From the NCBI GenBank assembly GCA_965235115.1, contig OZ249436.1:33668001-33732000 (forward strand): a stretch of DNA of 64,000 nucleotides, written 5' to 3'. This DNA comes from Laetmonice hystrix (Eukaryota). The notes under the pieces were generated by a model. That model saw only the letters and a program-made list of their open reading frames with translations. It was not told where the DNA came from and ran no database searches. Below are positions 42,178 through 55,807 of the stretch, piece by piece; position 1 is the stretch's first letter; every line of letters begins with the position of its first letter. A program made the position numbers and the translations under genes.

Positions 42178-42277
42178 GAGAGACGAGAGAGACAGAGAGA
42201 GAGACAGAGAGACAGAGACAGAGACAGAGACAGACAGACACAGACACAGAGACAGACAGACACAGAGAGACAGAGAA
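42178..42277. repeat. (GA)/(GACA)/(GAGACA) compound microsatellite
   Basis: Direct inspection. Confidence 0.9.
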
Positions 42278-44542
42278 CTGGCGCTTGATCAATGTCAATT
42301 TTACACCAACTTTGAACTATACCCAAGTATATTATACTGAGTTCCCAGTGGCTATAGCAGGGGCCTACGCCATGAATTGTTCATAATATGCGAGTTGAAA
42401 AGTTAAGCCGAATCCTCCTCCCGCTAGTTTAAGTCCGAGGATCATCTGAACATAGGTTACCATACCATAGGGGGCCTACTCTATCACAAGTAAATGATAA
42501 CAAATCTTATTTATAATATCATATCTATCTATTATGTGCTTGTACTTTTTAGCTGGGCCTTCATCATGATGTCAGTTCATTCATAGAGGTAAAGTAGGGA
42601 TACTGTACCATTATCTTGTTCATAATTTTCTTCAATTTGTCTTACCCATTTTGTATCATTTTAAATCAGCTATCATGTTCCCAAAAATATAGAGATGAGC
42701 ATGACGCTATTCCTGGTGCATGGTGCCGACAGACTAATAACAAAATAATCACAACAGTTTAAAACCATACACTCTTTGTCGTGTGGCCGGGGAGAGATTT
42801 CTTTCAAGACCAAAGGTACTATAGATTAAAACACATTGATACACAAAGCCATTTATACGGAGGTATAGTTTTGCCTCTCTTCCATTCAGCAGTCAATGTC
42901 TATCCTGGATGCCAAACGGTCACCGCCGAAATAAACAGATTCACGGAGGGAGCTTGTCTGAGTTTCTTGTCCTTTCAAACACAGAAACATTTGAGGGTTT
43001 TCCGGTCACATTCGTGAACTCTGGTTAACTCTGGTCCAATGTCCGGTCCGGTCAGTGGGAACTTGTCTGGTTGGCCCTCCAGACAAGGTGGCTATATATA
43101 GTGGTCATGGTTCAATAGATGAAGGTCGCGACACACTGACTGGACACTAGTTCCATTTTCGGATGAGAGAAATCATGCGTGTATACATAATACACTTATA
43201 CTACACACACGATAGGTATTATGGGGCCTGCATATGTAAATATGTCCACAACATGTATGTACACACCCACACATACACATTCTGACCACACAGTCATGTA
43301 GCCCTACACACCCACGATATACGTATACATATACACACCCATTCTGACAACAATGTCATGTAGTCAAGACATGATTCCCATACTTAAGTCTTGTGCACCC
43401 GTATTCTGCAACATGTTATACCATATCCACGATGTGACGGTTTAGACTCCCTATATAGTTTCTATTTTAAAGACAACATCCCAGTGTACAGATTCCAGAT
43501 TGGGATGTTGATCTTATTAGATATGGCTTGTCGTCTAAATTATGCATGGTACGAATTGGCATTTTATCGCTTCTTTTCGGAAGCCATAAAGCCCGAACAA
43601 AGGGTTCCACCAGGTCCAGGCGGTGGAAAAGTTGGCACGCAGTTGTATTTATACCCACGCGTCTCCCCGCTGTGCTTGAAGTTGACGGGAAATCGGACGA
43701 GTCTGATATAGATCTAACGTGTGAATTATACAACAGCACCTGCTACCTGGTTCATAAGCTGGGTAATCCCGAGCTGGGTTCGAAAGGAGATCCAATCAAT
43801 ACTATAGATTATTACACAAGCAATCACCTGAGCCTGTCAGCCTAGATTAATCTTATATATTCTCTCGAGCTCGGAATTTATTCGGAACAGTTGATATATA
43901 CATTATACTACAGGGAGTCTTACTACTTGCAAAATCTATAAAACCATGATCTATAATACTCTGCATAGGCTGATTAAATCAAAGGATAAAATGTGAACAA
44001 AAGAAATTGAACCAATATATTTGGGAAAATGAGAGTATAGGTCTATACTAGTCCGACCTGTCACCAATTTATACCAGATCATGGAGCTTAATACGTTTTT
44101 CCTTGGGATGATCAATGCAGTACCTCATAACCCAGCAGCTGAGTAGGGTGATATCTCTAGGGCTACATAATGTCTCTCTCTCGCAACATAATCAGCACAA
44201 GCAGAAAACCCTACATATATATATATAATAGGCCTAGGCCTTCCTTATGTGACAGAAAACGACAATACTTGCCCTTTTGTAAGATAAAGGTTTAATCAAT
44301 AATATAATATTGTCCAATGGACCATCACAGAACAGTTCTTCAATTTCGATGATAAATACATGAGATAAAAATGTTCAAGTCACTACAGTGAGCAGTCACA
44401 TAATGCATATCCCATGTGTGTATCAAACACACAAGCACTTAATCCGTACGTAAACGTCTTCATGTTCACAAGTCAATGTATATTCATCCAATGTGCACAA
44501 CATATTTAGAAAGCTTGGCTTATTCAGTCATTGCTGCACCCA

Positions 44543-45067
<525 letters not shown>

Positions 45068-46282
45068 TCACTACAGCCTCAAGATTCCCACCTTTGTACA
45101 CGTCGTTATGGCACACTTTAGTATTCACAAAATCCGCCTTAGTTTGGTAATATCCTCTCGATTAGGCCTATTTCTACCTCTATTTGGCAGACCCCTTTGT
45201 TGCTTCTTTTGTTCGCACTCACAAAGATGCGATGTTCGCTGTGTTGTGGGCGACAAGGCCGGACTTCAGGCCTCCCACTCAATATCGCCTATTCCAACTG
45301 CGTTTCCTATTAGTTTCCGTCTTTATCTACCACTTGTTGACGATCGGAGGGGCGATTACACCGACACCGACTGTTAATCTTTCGATAGTTCGTCTTCGTA
45401 TGAGCTCGTTCTCAACGTGTCTCCTGATATGTACACGCTTCGCTTAGGTGGCTCCGGTATTACGAAAGGCCGCTTGGTGGCTCTGACGTAGGCAGTCATA
45501 AAGTAGGTCAGGGTTCTAGAATAAGTAGACAAGTTAATTCTATAATTCCAGAGAAGGTGTTATACTCTCCAATCGTTAACAATTTTGCCATAATAGTAAC
45601 TCATTCCTGTGTAATTTAATCAAGTAAGGATTTTTACGATAATAACAGACGATATACATAATATCTATTGAAAAGAAGAACGTCTAGTTATTGTGTAACG
45701 TTGTTAGTAATCTGCGTATTCCGGCCAAGTATGGATGAGTCACTTCCGTATATGGAAGAATAAATGCGTCATAGGCCCTTTAGGTGGGGTATCCCCAGCT
45801 GTACCCGGGTCGTGGTCACCTTGGCAACCAGAGACATCGGTGAGACTGTGTGAAACCGTAGGTAATTAGAATTGGTAGGCCTAGTTAGCGCTAATTATGC
45901 TAACTAATAAAAATTGCAACAGCAGGCGCGCGTTAGGGGGGGGGGGGGGTGTCAGCGGTCGAACCTCCACCCTCCTCAGAGCCCCCAATTTTTTTATAGG
46001 CTGATAATATTGACGCACGCTTCAAATGGGCGCTCAGGACTAATGTGGGGCTTTGACCGCCACATCGTCGACCCCCTGCGAAAAAAAATCCTGCACATGT
46101 GCAAGTGTGCAAGTGTGCACGTAGGCCTAAGAATCTACGCCTGAACATTTTGAAGACATAAACAACGCAGGAAGCCATATGCCAGGACTTCGGTCGACCT
46201 ATATAGGCCTAATTATGTCGTCGTTATGAGCACCAATTAATGGCCTATATACCTATAGGCCTAATATGGCGGCATGAACGAT

Positions 46283-46450
46283 CAGTGGGGGATCCTGGGG
46301 GCTCTAGTCTAGGGGGGTTGGTTCATCCCCCCTCTCCCTGGCCAACCAATCTTTTTCTTTTTCCCCCATTGAACTTTCTGAACTGACCATGCTGAACCCT
46401 CCCCCCAGCAAATCCCCCCCCCCCTTACCAAAATCCTGGACCCGCCCATG
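46283..46450. mobile_element. CAGTGG..GGATCC-type MITE
   Basis: Imperfect TIRs, G/C runs, flanks ACGAT / TCGAT. Confidence 0.65.
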
Positions 46451-48369
46451 TCGATAATGAAAGGGCCTGTCGATCTATAGGCCCAGCTTATCGTAAAAGT
46501 AGGCCACACGGTTGCGTGACTGTCGAGATATTGTTCGTCAAGTGTTGACGTCACGATGCGGGATTGTCGTTGGTCTCTCCGTGTGTACATAGGCCCACGT
46601 TACTGGTCCGCAATCTCTACTTAGACTGGCGTCCGGGGAGGAAATAACGGTCACCGCCATGTGTGGTTGTGTGTCCGGATCACAGTTCCGTATCTTGTCA
46701 CGTTCATGGGGGTTCTCTACCTCCAATTCAGTCAGGTTGGAGTTCCCGTGATGAGTAGCTAGGCATAGACTTATAACTTGTGCATGTTATTGCCTGTTTA
46801 TGTAGACATCTATATGTTATATTTTTAAGATTGATTAATTGGTTTATTGATTGATTTAGTTATACTTACGCACTTACTTAAATACTTACTTACTTTTGAT
46901 GTTGCCATGCTGCCTTTTAGCCACCTTTTAATTTTTTTATAATGTTCTGCAACATATCTGGAGATTTGTGCTTCTATAAATGGAATTCGTAGTGTTGTGC
47001 TTCTATAAATAGAATTCGTAGTCCATCAAGTCCGCCGCCTACTGAATTTTTTAGGGAATGAGGGTTGGTGTAAATTAACATCAAATTCACATGAGAGATG
47101 GTGTTAGTGGACTTCATCATAAATCAAAAATGAATGAAAACCCAATAATATGGCGTAGATTGGAAAGGATAGTGATCTACCATTAGAGGAAGCATTTCTA
47201 ATTTAAGTAAAACAAGAATAAAATGGGCAAATATTGATACTCGCTTCTGCAGGATTAAACGCAAACACGAATGGTAAAGACAAACTAATATAAGGATGAG
47301 ATTTTTGACAGGGAATTGCGAGAACACAGTCCACTTCGTTTTAGGAGGGCATTTTCGCCAACTTTTTAAACTATTTCCACCGAAACGTTATTCGGTTCCT
47401 TGAATTCCAAAGCAAGCGAATCAAGAGAAAACCATCGACATTAATTCCAGGGGAGGGAAGAGTGGCAGATTTGCATTAGACTTTCACAAGAGCACATAAG
47501 GCGCAGGCCTAAAAAATTATTTTAACAAGACATTGATTCAGGTGACAAATTTTAATCGATTGTCACTGGACATACAAGGTGATTGATCTGAATGACATTG
47601 TAGCGCATAAAATTACCAGAACAAAAAACCTTCATGGTACATTTGTAATAGGTCATTGATAATGTCATTAAAGCGCTGATATTCATACAGCGGTATACGT
47701 GCCTTCCAGGAGATTGCACTAGTGGTTGGCTCGCTAAAATGATTTAATACCTTGTTTTACACACAGCCATTACCCTTAACCTTAATACCTACAGTGATTA
47801 TAATATAGGAACACTCGGGGTCAGCGCTACAGACGGTTGGGTAAGCCTCACATTAGCAGCAATAACTGTGATACATTATAATATTAGGCTACTATATAAG
47901 TTCTTAGTATATAGTCAGCCTTATTTTAGCAGCAGGAACGTGGAAGAACATTGCTCCTTTTGCGACTGTAGCGACGTATTCGTACAGACTGTCTATATGA
48001 AGCACCATGCAGACACAGGGCAGGCAACTTTGACATCATAATAATCTGTCAACAAAGCGACGCGAATTTAACTCACACACTTCTTACACTAAGTGTTTGG
48101 TTTTGTCTTTGTATACATGTGCGTCTTCCGGGTCAAGAGATAACGTCTTTGATGTTTTATTTGTGATTGTGAGCTAGGTGTGTGTTCAACACTCCTCGTC
48201 TGGCAGGTATAGGAAGGTTTGCGACAGGAGGTTTTGATTATCGGTTCGGCCTTTTTGTATGCGGACCAGGCCTCTATGATGACCAGACCTTGAAGACAAT
48301 ACAATCCGTAATATTTGACATTTGTCACGTTAATTACACATGTTGGTGTTATCTGTCGTGGCATCCTTT

Positions 48370-51300
48370 TTACAGTAAATCCTCTTGATTTTCTTTACCG
48401 GTTATGTAAAACGTCGTATGTTTACTTGATCGTTTGCCTGTGCGAACATTATCGTTTCTCCGAGACTGGCCTTCCTGTCGGGGTTCGCCCCTTGTGGCAG
48501 CACTCTCCGAGGCACTGTTGGACTTTCCTTTGCGGATAATGGGAACCGTTGAACTTTGATGGCTTTGCTGAGCTCCCCTGTTAACGGGAGCGGAATGGTA
48601 ACGCTCCGGTTCGACGATTTGGTCTGGGTGGAGGGCAAACTGGACCCGAGGCTGTGGACGGTCATGAGCCACCTGGCGGTCACCAGCGGCCGTCCGTCTG
48701 CCGTCCGTCCCGTGACCTCTGACGTCAAGGTCACGAGAACACTGGCCGGACTCTGGCCGGACTCTGTGGTCTCCTCGGTGATCCGTCCTTTTGCGCTGGT
48801 CGTGAACGTAAGGAGTGATGTAAGCATGTGGCTTCGACCTGTCACTTCCTGAAAGAGACCTTGGGCTATCGGCACGATATTCCTGGCCCAGACGTTCCTG
48901 GTGTTGCATTGTCACGGTTGTAGGCAGACCCGAGTCAATATCAGTCTCGATGTAGTGGCCCCTCTCATACTTTTGGTACATTTCACCTTCAGGTATGGAG
49001 TCAATATACTGCTGAACGATTTCTTTTCGAACTGCATCCATGTTACTTTCTTTAGATTTCACTCCACTTCCCGATACATCAGCTGGCTCAATATTGTATG
49101 AGTCTTCCAGGCGTCCTTTCGGGTGCTTTTGTCTTTTCTGTTTGGGCATTTTGTCGCTATTGACGTGGACTTTGGTGGCCTTGCCATCTGAGCTTCCTAC
49201 TGTTGCTCCTACATACGGGAGAAGATTTCGACTTTGCGATTCACCACTTGTGCGTTTCTTGCGTCGTTTTTCTTTGGTTTTGGTTGTCTTGTCTTTGGTT
49301 GCATCCTTTGGTATGTCTTTTTGCTGCGCAGATACAGCAGGAATAGATTCAGGTTTGACGCCCTCTGTCGAAAATCCTATATTGTAGACTTTAGACAAAG
49401 GAATCGTTTTTGCTTCCTTTGAGCGGATCTCATGGGCGGTGACCATACCAGTCTGGTCCGGTTCTTGAATGGGGCGCGAATAATTCTGGTTTGCTGCATG
49501 AGAGCTTGAGACGTTATATCCTGCAGAACCGAAATTTGATCCTTTCAAATGCTTTTCTTTTCCTACCATCATATTCATTTCACTCCTGTATACCTTAGTA
49601 GGGTCATGGACAGCCGACGCTAGTGTCACTTGTTTGTTGGGCGTGTCATTGGCCAGGAATGGATGTTCGTCGTCTTTGTCCGAGAATGCACCACTCCGGG
49701 CTGTGTTGAAGGAATCCGTTGTAAAATTGCTGATTTCAGAAACCAGCGTCAAATCGGCACTTGTATCGGACGTTTTATCTTTGCTCTGGCCGCCAGTTTC
49801 AGGGATACTATGGAAAGAGCCTGTAAGATCGCTGATATCGGATGTTATGGTCACGTCATCTGGAATTTCTGAGAGCGCCTCACTCCGCCCGGTGTGATAG
49901 GAAGCCGTTGTGACCTCACTCCTGATAGTTCGGACACTCGGAACCTGACTTCGACCGGTATGGAATGATTCCAGCGTAAGTTCACTAACCTCTGATGTTA
50001 TTGTGGCATCGTCGCTGTCAGATCCGGTGTGGCTACGCCCTGTACGAAACGACTCGGCATAATCACTGATGTCAGACGCAAGGGCTATTGACCCGCGACC
50101 GCTGCTCGCCATGCTTGGTGGACGCTGGGGGAAAAGTTGCTGTCCTGATACATGTCCGGCCTGTTGCATGCCTCCCTGTCCGTGTTGGAAGTGAGGTTGC
50201 TGTCCCGTGCTCCTACGTTGTGAAACAGACCTGACGTATCCACTCGGCTCATTGTACGATGAGCTATGGCTCACCGTGCCCACAGTTGGATGGCGATAGT
50301 TAGGACCTGGGTACGTGTTGGTTCGAGAAGACTGATCGGGTGGCGGGATCTTGTTAGCCGCCCCTCGGGTTGGAACGCGGGCGTTTTGCTGAGCAGCGTA
50401 TCTTGCCACCTCTGCCGCATTCAATGGAGGTTTTGAATTGGCGTCCCATGGACCTTTTCCACTGTGCTCACTGTTACGATTCGGTTGTGGGTTAAATGAC
50501 GCCTGGCTAGAAAGCTGAGAATCGCGACTTTGCGAGGATCTTATTACCGGCTGGGACATATACCTCATCATACCATTTTGGGGCATATCCGTCTTACTCA
50601 GGTCCGTTTCTGATGCTCTGGTTGGAATCCTACCAGTTTGAGATACTGATTGGTGTGGCCACGTGCCACTGGACGCCACGGAGTCCCAGTTGTACGGTGA
50701 CGCCCATGTGACACATTCCTCTTTTCTCTTTGGTTTGGGGCTCTTGCTCTTTGACCTTTTGAAATTAAGACTTAAGCTTCGGCTTCTCGGTCGACTCCGA
50801 GATGGTAGTTCAAATGGTGGACAATCAGTCATAACATGTTTGGGGCCAAGATCAGCACAACCAACAAGATCGACCACACTTGCTGACCTCGGTTTTCGTA
50901 GTAAGGATTGCTGACCCGCACCTGCCGAACTGGCAGGAAACCCACGATTCATGTCGTTTGGCCTTGGCTCTTCTGAATGCCCCTCTTGTCTCGGTATATC
51001 ACCTGTGGACATGACGCGTTTGTCACGCGTACGTGACGGGTGAGATCCCCCAGTCTCAGAAGATGGTAGCTTGAGGAACGATTCACCGTTTTCTACAATT
51101 TGCGGGGATTGTTTTTGGTCCTTTCTGATGATGGGCATTGCTCCAGTTTGGGCTAAAGTGATGTCTGAAGACATATCTGTCTTTGCTTTTCGTTCTGTCT
51201 CCCTGGGAGCACTAACCGTTACTGTATCAAAAAGGTTGTTAATAAATTGGCGTGGTTCATCATTAGTTGATGCTGGCGCATCAACATCCCTCACATACCG

Positions 51301-53306
51301 TATGCCTGGATACATCTCTGAATTGTACTTCTTCAATATGTCATCATTTTGCTGTGAGATCCGATCCTTGGCGTCGGATGTGTGCCAGGATAATTGGGTT
51401 GGATCATTAGCTGGAGCATTGTTGGCTGGCTCTGCAGACACAAAATCGGCTCTCTCCTGTACAATGGTTTCATTCTGGAGTTGGCCTTCCTCTACAGGTT
51501 GTGTTTTAACCTCGGTACTGGACTTTGCTGGCATCTCTACATGACCATGAATTGCTTCTTTAGAAGGAACCTGGTGATTCGGCGTTGGCTGCGATTGTCC
51601 GCTGTGGATTGGAACCTCCTGCATTTCAATGGGATGAACTGGTGTTTGGCCTGTTTCCCGGTAATGGATTGATTCCTGGTGTGATTCCCTGGGAGGGGCC
51701 GGTACTTGTGGAGGCTGTCTGGGAGGGATTTGAACCTGGTGTGTCTCTCGGGGAGGGATTGGTATTTGAGGGGGCTCTCCGGGAGAGATTGGTATCTGAT
51801 GGGTCTCTCTGGGAGGGATTGGTACTTCAGGGGTCTGTCTGGGAGGGATTGGTGCTTGAGGGGTCTCTCTGGGAGGGATTCGTACTTGAGGGGTCTCTCT
51901 GGGAGGGGTTGGTACCTGATGGGACTTTCTTGGAGGGATCGCAGGACCTTGCACCTGATGAGTATCTATGGGAGAGATTGGAACCTGGTGGATCTCTCTG
52001 GGAGGGATTGGTACCTGATGGGTCTCTATGGGAGGGATTGGTACCTGATGTGTCTCTCTTGGGGGGATTGGTACCTGAGGGGTCTCTCTGGGAGGGATTG
52101 GTACCTGATGGGACGCTCTCGGAGGGATCGCAGGACCTTGCACCTGATGAGTATCTCTGGGAGGGATTGGTTCGCGATGTTGTTCTCGGGGAGGGATTGA
52201 AGAGATGAGTACTTGATGGATCTCTTTTGAAGGGACTGGTACTTGTGATTCTCTGGGAGGGACTGGAGGGACTGGCACCTGATGAGTCTCTCTAGGGGGG
52301 ATTGGGGGGACTGGTAGCTGATAGGTCTCTCTAGGGGGGATTGGGGGGACTGGTAGCTGATGGGTCGCTCTAGGAGGGATTGGTACTTGTGGGATCTCCC
52401 TAGGAGGGGTTGGTTCTTGTTGTGATTGCCTAGGAAGGATTGGTTCTGGGTGTGATTGTCTCGGAGGGATTACTACTTTATGGGTTTCTCTTGGAGGAAT
52501 TGGTCCTCGATGTGATTGTCCGGTTGGGACTGTTTCTTGATGTGATCTTCCGAGAGGGACTCTTTCTTGATGTGATCCTCTTGGAGGGACCGGTTCTTGA
52601 CGGGTATCTTTGGAACGGTCTCTTGCTTGATGTACGTCATTTTGTGCGGTCTCCACGGGGTAAATCTTTTCTTTGTCATCAGGCTTTGGCTGTGTTTGTA
52701 TATGTGAAGTGTTCTCTACTGATTGGGCTAGCCTACTGGAAGGCGTTGGAGCCCGATACCACTGACGTGGTTCACGAAAACTCTCTATTCTCTCGGATGC
52801 AGTCATATATTTAGCTCCGGTACCAGAGCTGTATGGTCGTCTGGTCAATGACCCACCTGACGATCGATCAGACACATACGAGTACTTAGAGACAGAGGAA
52901 GTAAAGCTCCCACTTCCAAGACTCCCTCGGAAATTTCCACTTTGAAGCGAGGACCCGCCTATGCTCCCTACATCATCGTTGTACCCTTTTGGCATTTTAC
53001 CCGATGCTCTTGCTTGGAGTTCTTCAGCTATCCACACTGTGTCGGCATCTTCTTTCAGTACGTCACACAACACAGCGAATGCTTTCTGATCGCAAAGTGG
53101 CAGGTAACTAAGGAGCTGTTGTGATCTTTCCTCGTGATTCGATTTCGATCCTATTGCCTCGGCCTGGTGAATGTCAAGCAGCTGTTTACGTAGAAGGGCA
53201 TTCATCACTTCACGGTAGTTCATGTATTTCATCAGTGAAGCCGCACTTTTTGATAGTGCCCGACAACAGGGTTCTGACATCAACCGCTTCAGAGGCTGCT
53301 TCGAGG
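48370..53306 (-). CDS. Coding exon 2 of the same gene: CARD-like death-fold domain followed by a ~1,500-aa disordered Pro/Ser/Gln-rich tail
   Basis: 4.9-kb uninterrupted ORF. The acceptor TGTTGTCATTTCAG (AG at 53308-53307) is phase-compatible with the exon-1 donor, giving ...PTEN-A-SKQPLKRLMSEP.... The first ~90 aa show a CARD six-helix pattern. The 3' end may instead splice at G|GTAAAG near 48398. Confidence 0.8.
51690..52600 (-). repeat. Coding minisatellite, ~30-bp unit encoding (V/I)PIPPRETHQ-type repeats
   Basis: Recurrent plus-strand unit gggagggattggtacctgatgggtctctct; more than 20 xPPR-containing units in the translation. Confidence 0.9.
53010..53283 (-). other. CARD-like (death-fold) domain
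   Basis: MSEPCCRALSKSAASLMKYMNYREVMNALLRKQLLDIHQAEAIGSKSNHEERSQQLLSYLPLCDQKAFAVLCDVLKEDADTVWIAEEL matches by eye the CARD pattern (L..L...l.....l..L....vl......e.I......r...LLd.Lp..g..AF..F...L.......la..L). Confidence 0.75.
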
Positions 53307-53703
53307 CTGAAATGACAACAGGTTTTATTATGTAAACAAAGGAGTAGATAGCAATGGAAATGTGCCGTTTAAAATTATCTTAGACCAAAACGAAATAAGT
53401 TAATTACCTAAAATTTAATTGGAAATTGAGACGTCTCATTTTAGATACCAAGTTCTGAACAAATGTAACGCAAAATAATCTGACAAGACTACGTTTTTAT
53501 CCTTCACAAATAAGTCCAATATTTGATCTTAAAAATTATATTATTTTGAATCCAGGAAATTCGTGAAAACGGTTAATGGCTTCGTTAATAAAACTAGATG
53601 CCTCACGACACTGTTTAATACAGAGAAAATCGGTCGGGATATCTTGAATGTCAAAACACTAAATGAAGTCAAACACAAAGCATTAGCTTCAGCTGACATT
53701 TAC

Positions 53704-55807
53704 CATTTTCGGTTGGGAACACATCTTCCAAGGACAAGAATTGCCCTGGGAGACAGTTGCGACACTGGAAATCTCTGGCTTCTGCTGGGGACGTGTAGAT
53801 GATGTTGTCAGCAGGGAATGTGTCCACAACCGTCTCTGTGTCTTTCTCTGCTAACATTTTGTTGAGGCAGTGAGCACACTGACAGTACCAGTAGGCAACC
53901 ACCCCAGGGTAGTGGTGCAGCAACACCCTGTTCGTAACGGCAACAAGCAGAAGAATTATGTGACGAGCCATTGACTTTCGGTCGATCCGTACCCTTGCAG
54001 AAAGCGTGAGGACTGCAAGGTTTTCACCGTCTTCTTTTGCCTCAATGCGTATCAAATCTTGTCCTTCATCACAAAAGGCAACCATGCCTTCCTTCCACGA
54101 AAGACAGTGGTCGACGTATGTGTGTGCTCGTATGAGCACCTTTTCTAAGAAGCCGAAGGGAAGACCTTTTGAAGTGAAGCATAACTCCACGCCACACTGC
54201 ATGAAGTTGTCAAGAATGTCATCTGACCACAGGAAGGCAATCTCGGGTGGTTTTGACTTATTCAGAAGATACGGGAAGAGAAAATGACGGCCATCTGTTA
54301 GTCCATCCCCAGCCTTGACGCGAATTTCATAACAAAGATCAAACTTCTCCAGCAGGGGTAATATGGCACGGTACACATCATCCGTCAATCCCATCGCGTC
54401 CCAAAAGCAGCGTAAGAGCTTCTCGCCAATAACACCTCTCTCCCGAAGGTTCTTCCGTAGACTTACAAAGTCGGGATGCGGAAGCCTAAGGATCGCCTTG
54501 TGCTTCCAAACAAACCGGGTTTCGTCCATGAAGTAGTTATGATTGAAAACCAATCCGAAAATGGCCAGAAGAAGATTTGGGTTCACAAACACATACTTGC
54601 TAAGTTCACTGTTCTTGCGGTAGTCTTCGTAATGAAGCACAAGACCGATTGACTGAAGATAACCCAACGCCTTCCCGACGTCTTCAAGTCCGACATCCAG
54701 CTCTTCTGCCATTGTAACAAACTCTGACATGGTAACGAATGGAACGTCCTCTTTTTTAGTAATTATAATATCCGATAACGACAACCATGGCTTCGGGACA
54801 TCATTCTGAGGAAAAAGCGATGCATTGTCTAATACAATGCTGACAAGGTTTTCACGAAACTGGTTGATCCCTTCGTATGTTTTTGAACTTAGACAGCACA
54901 CACTTCGAAAAATCCTGGGCCTATTTTTCATCAGGAGGGCCAGTCTTTGCATGGGTTGACGAAGTGTCTTTGGTTGGAATTTATGAACATCAGAGACTGA
55001 GTCACACTTTATTTCCTCCTTGAGTGACTGCATTTCTTTCTGTAATTTGAGCCGGTTTATATTCTCCATCTGAATAATCTTGGAATACATGTCTTCGCAA
55101 TGTCTGGCCATTAGTTCCTTATCCGGACATTCATCAATATGTGTAGCGAGGACACAAATCACAGGAGCCACAAGCCGAGCAGTGAGGATGTTGTACCAGT
55201 GACACAGGGTGCCCTCGAAGCGCAGAGGGTCATAGTTTGATATGTCCACGGTTAACAGGTAAATGGCACGTTGCGACAGGAACAACTGTTGGCTAAAATG
55301 ATAAGTGTTGTGCCCTCCAAAGTCATAAAACCAGAGGGTCACATCCTGCCGAAGGGAGACTGAGTGGACCTCAATGCCGATCGTTCTACCATCTGGACCT
55401 TGCGGTGCAAGGCGAGGTTCTCCATACCGAAGGGCGTTCAACAGGCTCGTCTTCCCTGCAGCAACTGATCCCAGTAATACAACCTTGGCTTGGGCTAGTC
55501 GCACGGCTGATCCATGGGATTCGATCTCAGCCTGGTCTGAACCCCATTCCTCTGAATCCCATCGCGCCCTCGGGTCAGGAAGTGGATCAGTCTGTGAAGT
55601 CTCATGGAAACCTCTGTTAGACAATGCTGAATCTTGGAGGTGTGTAGGGCCACCAAATGTGTGCGCAGGGGAATCTGGAAGGCTGACACGATCGCCAAAG
55701 GAGTGGAAGGGCCCTGTGAAGTCTGGTAAACTGATCTCGTCGGCGTCTGGGAGCGGCTCAAGGGGACCCGACCACATGGTGCCTGCTGCAGTACTTCTAC
55801 CCTCCAT
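53704..55807 (-). CDS. Coding exon 1 of a ROCO protein: ~105-aa low-complexity N-terminus, Roc GTPase, COR and a C-terminal CxxC..CxxC segment (MFHAS1/MASL1-like, no LRRs)
   Basis: GTPase motifs: P-loop KVVLLGSVAAGKTSL, switch I RTIGIEV, G3 YDFGG, G4 ATHID, G5 LSSKT. A helical insert between G4 and G5 resembles MFHAS1. COR motifs: VPKPW, LGYLQSIGLVLHY, VFVNP, LLEKFDLCY, FLFPYLL, LPFGFLEK, WKEG. The ATG lies in GCCATGG with an in-frame TGA three codons upstream. Acceptor TTTTCATATTCCAG at 55826; donor G|GTAAAT at 53703. Confidence 0.9.

Noticed and set aside
50300..51640. Isolated TRAF-binding-like motifs (PIEMQE, PTQLS, PDQSS) in the disordered tail
   Set aside because: Such short motifs are expected by chance in 1,500 aa of Pro/Gln/Ser-rich sequence.
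53669..53703. ORF tail GKCQLKLMLCV*
   Set aside because: Lies beyond the donor site and is interpreted as intron read-through.
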